A stretch of 64,000 bases of DNA from Phycisphaeraceae bacterium (GCA_020851735.1 JADZCD010000022.1:6438-70437), one strand, 5' to 3'. Positions 36,908-47,239 are shown, counted from the first letter of the stretch. A program made the numbers and translations. Notes: generated by a model from the letters alone, not told the origin.

Positions 36908-37876
36908 ATGAGTCGCGAATTGAAAATCGACGTCTGGTACGGCCTGGAACAGCACTTCGGCCATCACGGTATGCCCCAGAAATACCTCAATATCCTGGGG
37001 CGCGCCACCAGTCCCGTGGGCGTCAGTTCCGTGCGCTGGGGGCATAAAGGCGAGATGAACCCCTTGCCGCTGGGCCCCACAGCCTTTCGACTCCGATCCT
37101 TGGGCGACTTCAACATCGAACTCGAAGCGGACGGGCTCCAAGAGGGCGATCATTCGCTGCGAATCGTCGCCAACGACATGGACGGCCACGAGACCGAGGC
37201 CATCGTCAAACTGCACGTCCAGCACGGGCCGCCGCCAGCTCTGCCGATGACGATCGACTGGCACGCCTCCAAAAACATCAACGACGTGGCTCAGGTGGTC
37301 GACGGCCTATGGCAGCTACAGCCCGGCGGCGTTCGACCCGTCGAGCCTCACTACGACCGCGTCATCGCCCTGGGCGACCTGCGCTGGACCGACTGCCAAC
37401 TGACCGTGCCGATGACGATTCATCAGTTTGTCGACAGCCCCGCGTCATATCGCTGGCCCAGCTACGGCCAGGCGGCTGGCGTGCTGCTCCGCTGGCAGGG
37501 GCATTACGATTGGGGCGACATGCGACCGCGACGCGGATGGAACCCGCTCGGCGGGCTGTCCTTCTACGGCTGGCTGGGTGAACATCAGGAACGACGGGCA
37601 TTCCTCGCCGGCGGTCGCGGCGGACACATCGCCGTCGACAAAAGCGGATTCCATGTGGAACTCGGCCGATCATACCTGACCAAAGTCCGCGTACAGTCGC
37701 GACCCGGCGCCACGAGCCGCTACGCCGTCAAATACTGGCCCGCCGACCAGCCCGAGCCGTCCGCCTGGCTGCTCGAAGCCGACGGCCAGGAAGGCGAACT
37801 GACCCGCGGCAGCGCGCTATTGGTCGCCCACCACACCGACGTCACCTACGGCAACGTCACCATCGATCCGATCTAG
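36908..37876 (+). CDS. hypothetical protein
   Basis: Coding-like ORF with GGAGG 9 nt upstream of the ATG at 36908. No recognisable motif. Confidence 0.5.
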   Translation: MSRELKIDVWYGLEQHFGHHGMPQKYLNILGRATSPVGVSSVRWGHKGEMNPLPLGPTAFRLRSLGDFNIELEADGLQEGDHSLRIVANDMDGHETEAIVKLHVQHGPPPALPMTIDWHASKNINDVAQVVDGLWQLQPGGVRPVEPHYDRVIALGDLRWTDCQLTVPMTIHQFVDSPASYRWPSYGQAAGVLLRWQGHYDWGDMRPRRGWNPLGGLSFYGWLGEHQERRAFLAGGRGGHIAVDKSGFHVELGRSYLTKVRVQSRPGATSRYAVKYWPADQPEPSAWLLEADGQEGELTRGSALLVAHHTDVTYGNVTIDPI

Positions 37877-38664
37877 CCCGCCCGCCCCTCGCCATCGGCC
37901 CCGAGCGGGTTCCGCCCCAGGAAATCCAGCACGATCTGCACGAAGAACCCCGCGAACCGCTCGGGCACCTCATGCCCGCAGCGCGGCAAGACGCACAATT
38001 CCGCGTTCGGCAGCGACTCGTACATTTCCGTGGCGATGCGCACCGGGAAAAAGATGTCCCGATCCCCGTGGACGATCAGGGCCGGCCGCGCGATCGTCTT
38101 AAGCTGCGCCGGCGTGTACGCGTGATCGCCCGGGGCCAGGACCGATCCTTCCCATTGATCGGTCATCTTCAGCCGCCGCGCCTGCCGGGTGGGGTCTTCC
38201 AGCGGCTCCGTAAGAAACTTCGCCCGCTGGCCGGCCGCGATCTCCGACACTTTCTGCTTAGCGTGATCGTCAAAAATGTGCGTGCCGATGACCAGCGTCA
38301 TCGTCTGCACCAGGTCCAGCCGCGCCAGCGCCAGCGGAAATTGCTGCATCGCCCCCGAGGAGATCCCCAAAAAATGCGCCCGCTTGATTCCCAACCCGTC
38401 GCAGAATGCCGCCAGGTCCTTGCCCAACTCGCTGTGGAGAATCTGCCGATCGCCCGGATTGGTCGTCTTGCCGTGCCCGCGCCAGTCGACGGTGATCAGC
38501 CGGTACTGCCGGCCGAACGGCTCAAGGAACCGATCGAACGCGCGCAGATTCCCGGTAAAGCCATGGAGCATCACCAAAGGCTCGCCGCCAACCGGGCCGT
38601 GCTCCTCAAAGTTCACTTCAATATCGCGGACCTGAATGGTGGGCATGAGCGTCTCCCCTGACAC
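37873..38664 (-). CDS. alpha/beta-fold hydrolase
   Basis: VMLHGFTGN, GISSGAM (GxSxG) and a late CGH motif. Confidence 0.8.
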   Translation of the reverse strand: MSGETLMPTIQVRDIEVNFEEHGPVGGEPLVMLHGFTGNLRAFDRFLEPFGRQYRLITVDWRGHGKTTNPGDRQILHSELGKDLAAFCDGLGIKRAHFLGISSGAMQQFPLALARLDLVQTMTLVIGTHIFDDHAKQKVSEIAAGQRAKFLTEPLEDPTRQARRLKMTDQWEGSVLAPGDHAYTPAQLKTIARPALIVHGDRDIFFPVRIATEMYESLPNAELCVLPRCGHEVPERFAGFFVQIVLDFLGRNPLGADGEGRAG

Positions 38665-38701
38665 GAGATTGTGTCTTAGCGTCGTACCGATACCTCCCGA
38701 A

Positions 38702-40681
38702 TCAATCGAATTTCACGATCGGCCACTTCGCCCCGTCGCGCAGATACACCGGCACGCGCTCCAGGGGCGCGTCAGCCGTGATCGTCTGCCCGCCGTCGTA
38801 AACTTGCCCACTGTACGGGTCCGTCCATTTCGCCCCGGCTGGCAGATACACCGCCCGCTGCGTCTGCCCCTGCGCCAGCACCGGAGCCACCAAAATATCC
38901 GGCCCGAACATGAACTGATCCTCCACCGCCGCCGTCCCCGCATCCTTGGGAAAATCAAAAAACAGCGGGCGCATCACCGGCCGACCCGTCTCGTGGGCCA
39001 CGCGCATCTGCGCCATGACGTAGGGCTTTAGCCGCTCGCGCAGGAACAGGATTTCCTTGATGATCTCGTACGCCTTGTCGCCGAACGACCAGATTTCATT
39101 AGGAGCCCCGGTTTCAAACGTCGCCGGCTGACGATACCCGTGCAGCCGAAACAGCGGGCAGAACACGCCGAACTGGAACCAGCGCACGATCAACTCACGG
39201 AAATATTCCGTGCGCGGATCGCCGTTAAGGAACCCGCCGATGTCCGTCGTCCACCACGGAATGCCCGACAGCCCGATATTCAGCCCCGCCCGCACCTGGT
39301 TGGCCAGCGATTCAAATGTCGAGTCAATGTCCCCCGACCACACCGCCGCCCCGTAGCGCTGCGAACCCGCCCAGGCCGACCGGCACAGCGTGATGATCTG
39401 GTTTTCCCCGTCCGCCTTTAGGCCTTCATAAAACGCCTGCTGATGCGCCAGCGGATACAAACACCCCACCTCCAGCCCGTTGCCCGCGTGATAGCGCAGG
39501 TTCTCATGATCCGCCGGCGCAATCTCCGGCTCGCAGGCGTCCAGCCAGTACACCCGGATGCCGTAGCGTCCGTAATTCTCGCGCATCTTCTCCCAGATAA
39601 ACTGCCGCGCCTCCGGATTCGTCGGGTCGTAGTACTCCACGTACACCGCTTGGTTCAAATCCGGCGCGTCGCCCGTGCGAAACAGCGCCCGCGCGCCCCG
39701 CTCCGTGCGCAGCAAGAGGCCCCGCCGCTCCAATCGCCAGTAATTCTTGCTCTGCGGATTAACCGACGGCCAGACCGACACCATCAGTTCCACGCCCATC
39801 TCTTTAAGCTCGCGCACCATCGCCGCCGGGTCCGGAAAATCCCGCTCGTCAAAACACCAGTCCCCCATCACCGGCCAGTGAAAATAGTCGATCACGATCA
39901 CGTCCAGCGGCAACCCCCGCCGCTTGTATTCGCGGGCCACGCCCAGCAGTTCCTCCTGCGTCTGATAGCGCAGCTTGCATTGCCAGAACCCCGCCGCGAA
40001 CTCCGGCAGCGGCGGCGCATGCCCCGTGGCGTCGGCATAAGCGCTCAGCAGCTCCGCGTACGAATCGCCCACCGTCACCCAGTAATCCATCTGCCGGCAC
40101 GCCTGGGCCACCCAGCGCGTCTGCGTCGCCCCCAGCTCCACCCGCCCGACCCCCGGAAGGTTCCACAGCAGCGCATACCCGCGCGACGAAATTAAAAGCG
40201 GTATCGTCACCTCGCAGTTGCGCTGCTCTAAATCAATCACGCAGCCTTTTTGATTCAGCCGTCCGTGGCGATGCTGACCTAGTCCATACATACGCTCGTC
40301 GTCGTGCGCGACAAATCTCGCCTCCCCCCGGAAAAGGTCGCCCCCCACCGCCTTAAATTGCCGCGGACGTGCGTGCATCGGCTTGACCGGCGCCTCAGCC
40401 AACACCATCTGGCCCGTCCGCGTGTTGGTCCACTGAATCTGCCCTTCCAGCGAAACCGCCGCCTGGATCCGCCCGTTGCGAATCGTCGCCCCGTCAGCCC
40501 GGATCGCAACCTCCGCCTGACTCTGGGCCGGGTCGAGTAGCGCACTGTAAGCGCTGGCGAACTCCGCATTCATCGTCGCCCGCACCCGCAAGGCATTAGC
40601 GCCCCACGGCTCAACGCGCAGCGTCTCCCCGTGGCTCCGCCAGATCAATGCTTGTCCATCCAGTAAAAATCCATCCGCCAT
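38702..40681 (-). CDS. GH31-family alpha-glycosidase (alpha-xylosidase/glucosidase-like)
   Basis: YWLDACEPE, WSGDIDSTF and GIPWWTTDIGGF motifs. The ORF is open to 40723, so the start is uncertain. Confidence 0.85.
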   Translation of the reverse strand: MADGFLLDGQALIWRSHGETLRVEPWGANALRVRATMNAEFASAYSALLDPAQSQAEVAIRADGATIRNGRIQAAVSLEGQIQWTNTRTGQMVLAEAPVKPMHARPRQFKAVGGDLFRGEARFVAHDDERMYGLGQHRHGRLNQKGCVIDLEQRNCEVTIPLLISSRGYALLWNLPGVGRVELGATQTRWVAQACRQMDYWVTVGDSYAELLSAYADATGHAPPLPEFAAGFWQCKLRYQTQEELLGVAREYKRRGLPLDVIVIDYFHWPVMGDWCFDERDFPDPAAMVRELKEMGVELMVSVWPSVNPQSKNYWRLERRGLLLRTERGARALFRTGDAPDLNQAVYVEYYDPTNPEARQFIWEKMRENYGRYGIRVYWLDACEPEIAPADHENLRYHAGNGLEVGCLYPLAHQQAFYEGLKADGENQIITLCRSAWAGSQRYGAAVWSGDIDSTFESLANQVRAGLNIGLSGIPWWTTDIGGFLNGDPRTEYFRELIVRWFQFGVFCPLFRLHGYRQPATFETGAPNEIWSFGDKAYEIIKEILFLRERLKPYVMAQMRVAHETGRPVMRPLFFDFPKDAGTAAVEDQFMFGPDILVAPVLAQGQTQRAVYLPAGAKWTDPYSGQVYDGGQTITADAPLERVPVYLRDGAKWPIVKFD

Positions 40682-40736
40682 GTTCGAACGCTCCATAAAA
40701 AATCTGGTTACGCACGCATCCATTTAGCCGCGACGC

Positions 40737-43106
40737 TCAATCGCCCAGCGTCGGCATCTTCTGATCCCCCGCCACCCCCTCATACACCGCGTCACGGACC
40801 TGCTTGGTGTATTTGTCATAATCCTTGCCCTGGATGATCCGCCCCACCACGATGATTAAATCCTTGTCCAAGTCGATCCACTGGATCGTCGAGGACGCCG
40901 CCGCCCCACCCACGATCCCCTTGCCGAACGGATACAGTCCCACCCCCCGCGTATCGTGAACCTCCGGGAAGAATTCCTCCGTCGGCTTAGGCAAAAACGC
41001 CTCAAACACCGCCGGGGAGTAAAACTCCAGCTGGCCGTACGATCCCTTGTTCAAAATCACCTGGCTCATCTTGGCCAGGCTCAGCGTCGACGCTTCTGTG
41101 CCGTAAGCCGCGTCCTCAATCGTCGCTTCGTTAATGCCCAGCGGGCCGAAGTAATTCTCCTGCATCAGCCGAATAAAACTTTTACCGCTGACCACCTCCA
41201 TCGCCTTGGCTGCCAGGTCATGTCCCATGCCGTTGTAATACGTCACCTTGTGCGGGTGAATCTGCGGCAGTTGCGCCGCCATGGCGTTCTCCAGCCAGGC
41301 GTTCTCCAACCCGCCCCACATCCCGTGCCCCTGATACCCGCTGACAAACTCAAAACACGCCCGGAAGGTGATCACCTTTTCCCCCTCGACGGGGAAATCC
41401 GGCAGGAACTTGCCCACCGGATCATCCAGCTTGATCAACCCCTGGCTGACGAATTGCCCGAACATCTGCGCCGCCAGCGTTTTGGTGATCGACGCCAGCG
41501 GGAACTTCGTCTCCATCGTCGCCGGCTTGCCGTCCATTTGCCCAAACGCTTCCTGATAGACAATCACCCCATGCCGCGCGATCACAATGGCGAACGGCCG
41601 CTGACTCACCTCGTACCACTCCTGACAAATCGCGTGCAGCTTCTTAGCCGTGCCTTCCTTCATTCCCGCTTCCTTTTCACTGCCCGCCCGCAACACCGGG
41701 GCTGGCGCGCCCGCTTTCTTCGTCGGCAATTTCAGCGCCGACTCGCCCGGCGCTAAGCCCAAGAGCTTCCTCTTTAACGCCAACTGAAATTCTTGACCCA
41801 TGACCCCCGGAAGAACCCCCGGAAGTACCCCCGGAAATACCCCCGGACTATCCGCCTGCTTGGCCGCCTCACCCTTGGGGCGCATCTCCAGCATCGCCGC
41901 CGTCACGATCGCCCCCGCTTCCTCCCGGATCAGCCACGGCATCATCTGCTTGCTGATGTACTCGCTGATCGCCCCCCCCTGCTCCTGCCACGCCTGGGCA
42001 TCAAACGGCTCGCCCGGATACGCCATGCTCAGCTGCGGCGCCTGCCGCGTGCGATCCTCCAGCCCAGGCAAAAACACAAACGTCAGCCCCCGCCGAATCT
42101 TGATCCCCCCCACTTTGGCCGGCAATTCCGCTTCCACCAGGGCTGCATATCGCCCCGGCTGCGTCGGCAGCGTCACTTCCTCTAACTGCCGATCAAACCA
42201 CCGCACCTTCAACGGCACCGCGCCCACCAGCCGCTGGATCCGATCCTGCTCCTTCCATTGCAGCATCGGAAAGCTCCCGCCGCCGAACACAAACGCCTGT
42301 CCCTCCAGCGGCCGGATCTCCCATGCCCCGATATCGCTAAGAAACCGCTCGTCCAGCTTCTTCTGGTTGTCCTTTTCGCTGTAAACCTCCAACACAAAGT
42401 TCCACCCGCCCCCGCGATTGTCCACCTTGACCAATACCGGGTTAAGCCCCTTGTGCAGCTCCACCGCGAAGTTGTCATTCCATTTCTCCGCCCCGCGCTG
42501 CAGCGTCCAGAGCGTGTGCACCGGCTGATGATTCACCCACACCTTGGCCGCGTCGTCCGAACCAAAGTGAAAATAAACCTTCTGATCCACCGGCGAATCC
42601 AAGTAGCAAAACGCATACGCCACCTTCACCCCCGCGCCCCCCGCCGCGCCCGATCCCCCGCTGGCCACCAGACTCTTGGCCCCCACCGAAAAATTCACAT
42701 ACCCCTCCCCGTCCGCTTCCGTCGCGTTCACCGTGGCCAATTGCTCGGCCCCTTGTTCATCCACAAAGCCGATCTTCTTGCCCACCTCCAACTCCGCCTG
42801 CGCTTCCCCGCCCAGCTCCTTTAAGTAATCCTCGTGATACCCCTTCCGCACCACGCCATCCGCCAGCGGCGCGGCCAGTTCCGGATTCGGGAACGGCCCG
42901 ACCACCACCCACCCCCGGATCAGCCCTTCTTCACTTAGCGGATTAATCGCCGCATCGCTCGTTGCCGTGGCCGTTGTGGCTGCCTCCCCCGCCGCGCCGC
43001 TCTCCGCGGGCTTGCTCTGCCCGTGACTTAATCCATTGAACCACCCCAGGCTGACCAGCGTTACCGCCACGACCAATCCCAATTGCTTTTCGATACGCAT
43101 GAACAT
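40737..43106 (-). CDS. secreted large protein with a C-terminal beta-lactamase-family serine hydrolase domain
   Basis: Signal peptide. The C-terminal half has FPLASITKTLAA (SxxK). Contains the repeat insert PGVFPGVLPGVLPGV. Confidence 0.75.
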   Translation of the reverse strand: MFMRIEKQLGLVVAVTLVSLGWFNGLSHGQSKPAESGAAGEAATTATATSDAAINPLSEEGLIRGWVVVGPFPNPELAAPLADGVVRKGYHEDYLKELGGEAQAELEVGKKIGFVDEQGAEQLATVNATEADGEGYVNFSVGAKSLVASGGSGAAGGAGVKVAYAFCYLDSPVDQKVYFHFGSDDAAKVWVNHQPVHTLWTLQRGAEKWNDNFAVELHKGLNPVLVKVDNRGGGWNFVLEVYSEKDNQKKLDERFLSDIGAWEIRPLEGQAFVFGGGSFPMLQWKEQDRIQRLVGAVPLKVRWFDRQLEEVTLPTQPGRYAALVEAELPAKVGGIKIRRGLTFVFLPGLEDRTRQAPQLSMAYPGEPFDAQAWQEQGGAISEYISKQMMPWLIREEAGAIVTAAMLEMRPKGEAAKQADSPGVFPGVLPGVLPGVMGQEFQLALKRKLLGLAPGESALKLPTKKAGAPAPVLRAGSEKEAGMKEGTAKKLHAICQEWYEVSQRPFAIVIARHGVIVYQEAFGQMDGKPATMETKFPLASITKTLAAQMFGQFVSQGLIKLDDPVGKFLPDFPVEGEKVITFRACFEFVSGYQGHGMWGGLENAWLENAMAAQLPQIHPHKVTYYNGMGHDLAAKAMEVVSGKSFIRLMQENYFGPLGINEATIEDAAYGTEASTLSLAKMSQVILNKGSYGQLEFYSPAVFEAFLPKPTEEFFPEVHDTRGVGLYPFGKGIVGGAAASSTIQWIDLDKDLIIVVGRIIQGKDYDKYTKQVRDAVYEGVAGDQKMPTLGD
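41804..41847. repeat. 12-nt CCCCCGGAAGnA units inside a CDS
   Basis: CCCCCGGAAGAACCCCCGGAAGTACCCCCGGAAATACCCCCGGA. Confidence 0.9.
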
Positions 43107-43220
43107 TCCTTTCCTCTTTGCCCAGCTTCGTTCTCAAACCCAAGGAATCGTTTCTACTTGGCGACCTTGGCGTCCTGGCGGTTCATCTCGGTGTTTTGAA
43201 TGGCGCCTTGCCGGTTCACC

Positions 43221-44102
43221 TTACTCGCTTTTGACCAATTTCCGCGCATTGCCCTGATAAATCTTCTCCGCCACGTCCCCCGGCAAGTTCAATGTGCGCA
43301 GGAACACCTGCAAATCATCCCCGTAAAAATCCCGCCCAAACAGCAGTCGCTCCGCATAGCGAAGCAGAAACTTCCGCGCGTGCTCCGGATCGCGCTTTAG
43401 CGCCCCTAATCCCGAACCTGCGGAAAGATCCGCGTAAAGATTGCCATACTTATCCAGCAACTCATGCAGCCGCCCCCCCACTTGCACCGGGCCCTGCGGA
43501 TACGCCGCCGGGTCCGCATCCGCGTCGCCGCTGATCTCCCGCCAGAATCCCGGCGCGTGACCCACAAAATTCGTCCCCGGACAAGCCCGCAGCGCGCGCT
43601 CCAAATTCGCCACCGTCCCCCCAAACCACAGCGGCTGATACTTAGGTTTTCCATTGTCCATCAAATACGGCACATCCAGATGCAGCACCACCGGGCAGCC
43701 CAATTCCCCCGCCTTGCCAAACAGCTCCAGACAGCGCGGGTCGTCCAGCAGCATGTGAAACTTCCATTCCCCGCATATCCGCACGCCGTGCATCCGATAC
43801 GCCGCCTCAAACGCCGCCGCCGCCGCACCCTTGCCCGGATGCGGGCAATAGCCGACCACAAATCGCTTGGGATAATGCGCACGGGCCAAAAGCAGATCCG
43901 CCAGCGGAATCCCCGCGTGCGTCCCATCCGCCCGAAAGTGCAGCGGATTCAGCGCGTGGTGATAGTCCCCGTTGTCTTCCTGCGGAGCCATCTCCCAACT
44001 CAAGAGCCACGCCCGGTCGATGCCCTGCTGATCCATGTCCGCGATCAGCCCCGCGTCGTCCCGCCCGTACCAGAACACGTGTTGATGCGAATCAATGATC
44101 AT
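43221..44102 (-). CDS. amidohydrolase-family metal-dependent hydrolase
   Basis: MIIDSHQHVF (HxH) with GGAGG 10 nt upstream. TIM-barrel amidohydrolase_2-like length. Confidence 0.8.
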   Translation of the reverse strand: MIIDSHQHVFWYGRDDAGLIADMDQQGIDRAWLLSWEMAPQEDNGDYHHALNPLHFRADGTHAGIPLADLLLARAHYPKRFVVGYCPHPGKGAAAAAFEAAYRMHGVRICGEWKFHMLLDDPRCLELFGKAGELGCPVVLHLDVPYLMDNGKPKYQPLWFGGTVANLERALRACPGTNFVGHAPGFWREISGDADADPAAYPQGPVQVGGRLHELLDKYGNLYADLSAGSGLGALKRDPEHARKFLLRYAERLLFGRDFYGDDLQVFLRTLNLPGDVAEKIYQGNARKLVKSE

Positions 44103-44205
44103 CGTGTCCTCATTCCTCCCAGCCGTTGCGCTCATGGCCGATTCCCGATTGCCGATGCAAAAACCACAAATCACTTGACTTCAATTAGACCACCGTAAAC
44201 TTCCC

Positions 44206-44283
<78 letters not shown>

Positions 44284-44289
44284 CCCCCC

Positions 44290-45717
44290 CTACTTCACCC
44301 ACGCCGCTTCCACTTTTTCCAGCGCCGCCAGCACGTCGGCCACTTCCTGGTCCCCGCAGCGCTCGTGAAACAGAATGCGAAACACCTGGGCGTCGGTCGC
44401 CCGCACGTTCGGCACGTCATACACCTGCTTAGGATCGCCCTTATACAGCGAACTGGTCCACGGCAGCCCGCTTTGCCCGAACACCCGCCGCTGCACGCTC
44501 CAGGGCAATTGCGTGGGCACATTGAAATAAGAACTCTCGGCCGGCAATCCCTCCGCCGCCAGAGCCGCGACGATCGTGTTCTTGTCCACCCGCACCCGCG
44601 CCAAATCCACCCGCAAGAACGGACACCAATACGACGACTCGCCCCCCGCCGGCGGTTCCACCACGCGTATCGCCTGCAATCGCTCTTGGCACCCGCGCGC
44701 CAAGGCCGCCGCCGTCTTCCGTCGCGCCGCCAGCAAGCCCGGCAGCTTCTTCAATTGCACCCGCCCGATGGCTGCGTGCAGTTCGTCCATGTTGCAGTTC
44801 AACCCCGCCACCACGTTCCCCGCCTGCTCCGCCAGCCCGAACGGCTTACCGCGATCCGCAAACCGCCGCACCTTCCAATACATCTCTTCCGTCGGCACAT
44901 ACACCACCCCCCCCTGCCCGCCCGTGGCATGATGCTTGCCGAACATCGTCGAAAACGCCGCGATCGTCCCGAACCGCCCCACCATTTTCCCCTGATACCG
45001 CGCCCCGTGGCTTTGGGCACAATCCTCTACCAGCGGCAATCCCTTACGCTTGGCCAATTCCACGATCGGCCCCATGTCGCACGGATAACCCATGATGTGC
45101 GCCACCACGATCGCGCTGGTGCGCGACGTAATGCGCGCTTCAATCTGCTCTGCCCCCACGTTGTACGTTCCGGGGGCAACGTCGGCCGGCACCGGAATGC
45201 AGTGGTTTAGCGCCACCGGCATGACCCCCCCCGGATCCGTCACCCCCGGCACAATCACCTCCGTCCCCGGCTCAAGTTCCAGCGCCCGTAGCGCCACCCA
45301 CACCGCCGTCGTGCCCGAATTCACCCCGTCGGCAAATCCCCCGGAAGTACTCTTATATAGCCCGCCGCATGCGGCGGGTGTATCTCCCCCACTCCCTCCC
45401 CCGGAAACGCCTTCATTAATCCCTCGCCCTCTTTGAGGGAGAGGGTAGGGTGAGGGTGTGGGCTTGTTTTTCTCTTCGCCTTTTCCCTCGGAAGTTTCCC
45501 CATTCATCCATTGCACAAACTCCCGGCAATATCCCTGTTCCTCTTCACCCTCATAGCCGAACGCTTCACCGCTGGCGATGGCCTTATCGAACAACACCAT
45601 CACCGCCCGCTTTTCCTCTTCGCCAAACAATCGCCGCGCCGGCCACGCCCCCCCGCGCACCTTCGTGCCCCCGTGAAGGGCAAGTTTCTTCTCCGCATCC
45701 GCCATGGTCTTGGTCAT
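44290..45717 (-). CDS. DegT/DnrJ/EryC1-family PLP aminotransferase with a repeat insert
   Basis: LALHGG..FEKA-like N-terminus, NSGTTAVWVAL, and FSTMFGKHHATGGQGGVV carrying the PLP lysine. I chose the start at 45717 (GGAGG upstream). About 55 inserted residues (..PSPYPLPQRGRGINEGVSGGGSGGDTPAACGGLYKSTSGG..). Confidence 0.8.
   Translation of the reverse strand: MTKTMADAEKKLALHGGTKVRGGAWPARRLFGEEEKRAVMVLFDKAIASGEAFGYEGEEEQGYCREFVQWMNGETSEGKGEEKNKPTPSPYPLPQRGRGINEGVSGGGSGGDTPAACGGLYKSTSGGFADGVNSGTTAVWVALRALELEPGTEVIVPGVTDPGGVMPVALNHCIPVPADVAPGTYNVGAEQIEARITSRTSAIVVAHIMGYPCDMGPIVELAKRKGLPLVEDCAQSHGARYQGKMVGRFGTIAAFSTMFGKHHATGGQGGVVYVPTEEMYWKVRRFADRGKPFGLAEQAGNVVAGLNCNMDELHAAIGRVQLKKLPGLLAARRKTAAALARGCQERLQAIRVVEPPAGGESSYWCPFLRVDLARVRVDKNTIVAALAAEGLPAESSYFNVPTQLPWSVQRRVFGQSGLPWTSSLYKGDPKQVYDVPNVRATDAQVFRILFHERCGDQEVADVLAALEKVEAAWVK
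45338..45458. repeat. mosaic insert inside the DegT CDS
   Basis: CCCCCGGAAGTAC; the perfect palindrome CCCGCCGCATGCGGCGGG (45361-45378); CCCCCGGAAAC; CCCTCGCCCTCTTTGAGGGAGAGGGTAGGGTGAGGGTG. Confidence 0.85.
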
Positions 45718-45741
45718 AAAATAATCCTCCCCCGGAAGCAA

Positions 45742-46110
45742 AACCTATGGGTGCCACACAGCAGCGCGAAGCGTGCCCCATCGCTTCTCCTAACCCTCTC
45801 CGTCATCCCCCTCCGATCACATCACCAAATCCCCACCTCGCCAAATCACCAAATCCCCTTCCCCCCCTCTCCCCTCGCCTATCTCTTCTCTACTTTCTAC
45901 TCTCTACCCTCTCTCACCCCCCCACTATCCTGCCCTTTCCATCCCCATACGCAACTTTTGGAAAAGTTCGTCAGATTCATAAGCCCCAGCCATCCCATGA
46001 AACGCCGCAGCCAAACGATATAAGGATCGCCTCCGTGCCCTCCGTGATCTCCGTGGTCAATGACAGCCAATCCATTCACCACGGAGCGCACCCAGAGCAC
46101 AGAGCAAAAG
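45742..46110. repeat. intergenic mosaic of several low-complexity repeat families
   Basis: Hairpin C GGTGCCACACAGCAGCGCGAAGCGTGC (45749-45775), TCACCAAATCCCC repeats (about 45815-45860), CTCTACT-type repeats, and TCCGTGCCCTCCGTGATCTCCGTGG / CACAGAGCACAGAGC motifs (about 46030-46100). Confidence 0.75.
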
Positions 46111-46156
46111 AATTGCTGTAGTCAACGCCTGGTTTTGCGCAGTTAGCTTCCCTAGA

Positions 46157-46969
46157 TCAAGTCGAACTGTCCGGATCAACCGCCAAAGGCAACTGGACGT
46201 GAAAGGTCGTGCCCTTGCCCGTTTGCGTGTCGAACCAGATCTTCCCGCCGGCACTCTGCACCAGGTCGCGGCAGATGGCCAGCCCCAACCCCGTGCCTTT
46301 GGACTGCTCGGGGTTTTGCTCGTCCGCCGCCTGCGTGACGAACGGCTCAAACACGCGCTCGCGCACCGCCTCGGGTATGCCCGGGCCCGTGTCCGCCACG
46401 TCGATGCGCACGTCGGTGTTTTCCTGACAGGCGGTAATCGTCAAACGCCCCCCACCCTTGCTCATCACTTTGCGGGCGTTCAAAAAAATGTTCATCAAAA
46501 TCTGCTGCAAATTTAGCGGACTGATGTCCAGCGTCAGGTCCGGCACGTTCACGTGCAGCTCAATGCCGTCCCGGCTCGGGTGTCGGCCCAGGCAATTAAT
46601 CGACTCCTCCACCACCGCCGGCAAGCACGCCGAGTCCTGCTCGTCTTCCTGGGCCGCGAATCCCAGAACCGACGACGCGATGCGGGCCGCCCGCTCCGAT
46701 CCAGCCAGCGCCTTCTCCACCGCCTTGCGCATCAGCTCCTGATCCTTGGGCGCGCTTAACGCCAACTGGGCGTAACTGATGATCGGCGTGAGGATGTTGT
46801 TGAATTCGTGGGCGACGATCGACGCCAGCATCCCCAGCGTCGCCAAGCGGTGGGAATGTGTTAAGTGCTCGCGCACCTGCTCCAGCTGGGTCTGCAGATT
46901 CTCCAACTGGTCCAGCAGGAACTCTGCCTGTTCGAGCTTGAGCTTTTCTTGCGAATTAAGAAGCGTCAT
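46157..46969 (-). CDS. orphan sensor histidine kinase (coiled coil + HisKA + HATPase)
   Basis: H-box IVAHEFNNILTPI, N-box NIFLNARK and G-boxes DTGPGI / GTGLGLAI. There is no transmembrane or sensor domain, and no adjacent response regulator. Confidence 0.8.
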   Translation of the reverse strand: MTLLNSQEKLKLEQAEFLLDQLENLQTQLEQVREHLTHSHRLATLGMLASIVAHEFNNILTPIISYAQLALSAPKDQELMRKAVEKALAGSERAARIASSVLGFAAQEDEQDSACLPAVVEESINCLGRHPSRDGIELHVNVPDLTLDISPLNLQQILMNIFLNARKVMSKGGGRLTITACQENTDVRIDVADTGPGIPEAVRERVFEPFVTQAADEQNPEQSKGTGLGLAICRDLVQSAGGKIWFDTQTGKGTTFHVQLPLAVDPDSST

Positions 46970-47223
46970 TAGACCACCGCAAGTTTTATCGGCGATAGTC
47001 GAACGCTGCCTTGACGGGTCAATCGAGAAACACAGGCAAACCAATAGACTTATAAGATATTGCGAAAAAACAGGTTATATGCGATAAGCCCAAAAATCCG
47101 CCGTGCGTGAACATCGTTTCTTTCCTATGAACAGCGATCACTGTGACGATTGAATCTCAATTTGTTTACAAGCGTCTGTTTTTCTTTAGACGCGATACTC
47201 CATTCGTCAGCTCCAAGATCCAG

Positions 47224-47239
47224 TGTTCCACGTGGAACA
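47224..47239. promoter_or_regulatory. parS site 1, TGTTCCACGTGGAACA
   Basis: Perfect 16-bp palindrome, one base from the canonical parS TGTTNCACGTGAAACA. It lies 200 nt upstream of parB. Confidence 0.8.

Noticed and set aside
45511-46121. Pro/Ser-rich ORFs 45511-46023 and 45747-46121
   Set aside because: They are assembled from intergenic low-complexity repeat modules (TCACCAAATCCCC, CTCTACT, TCCGTG families). They have no start context and no motifs.
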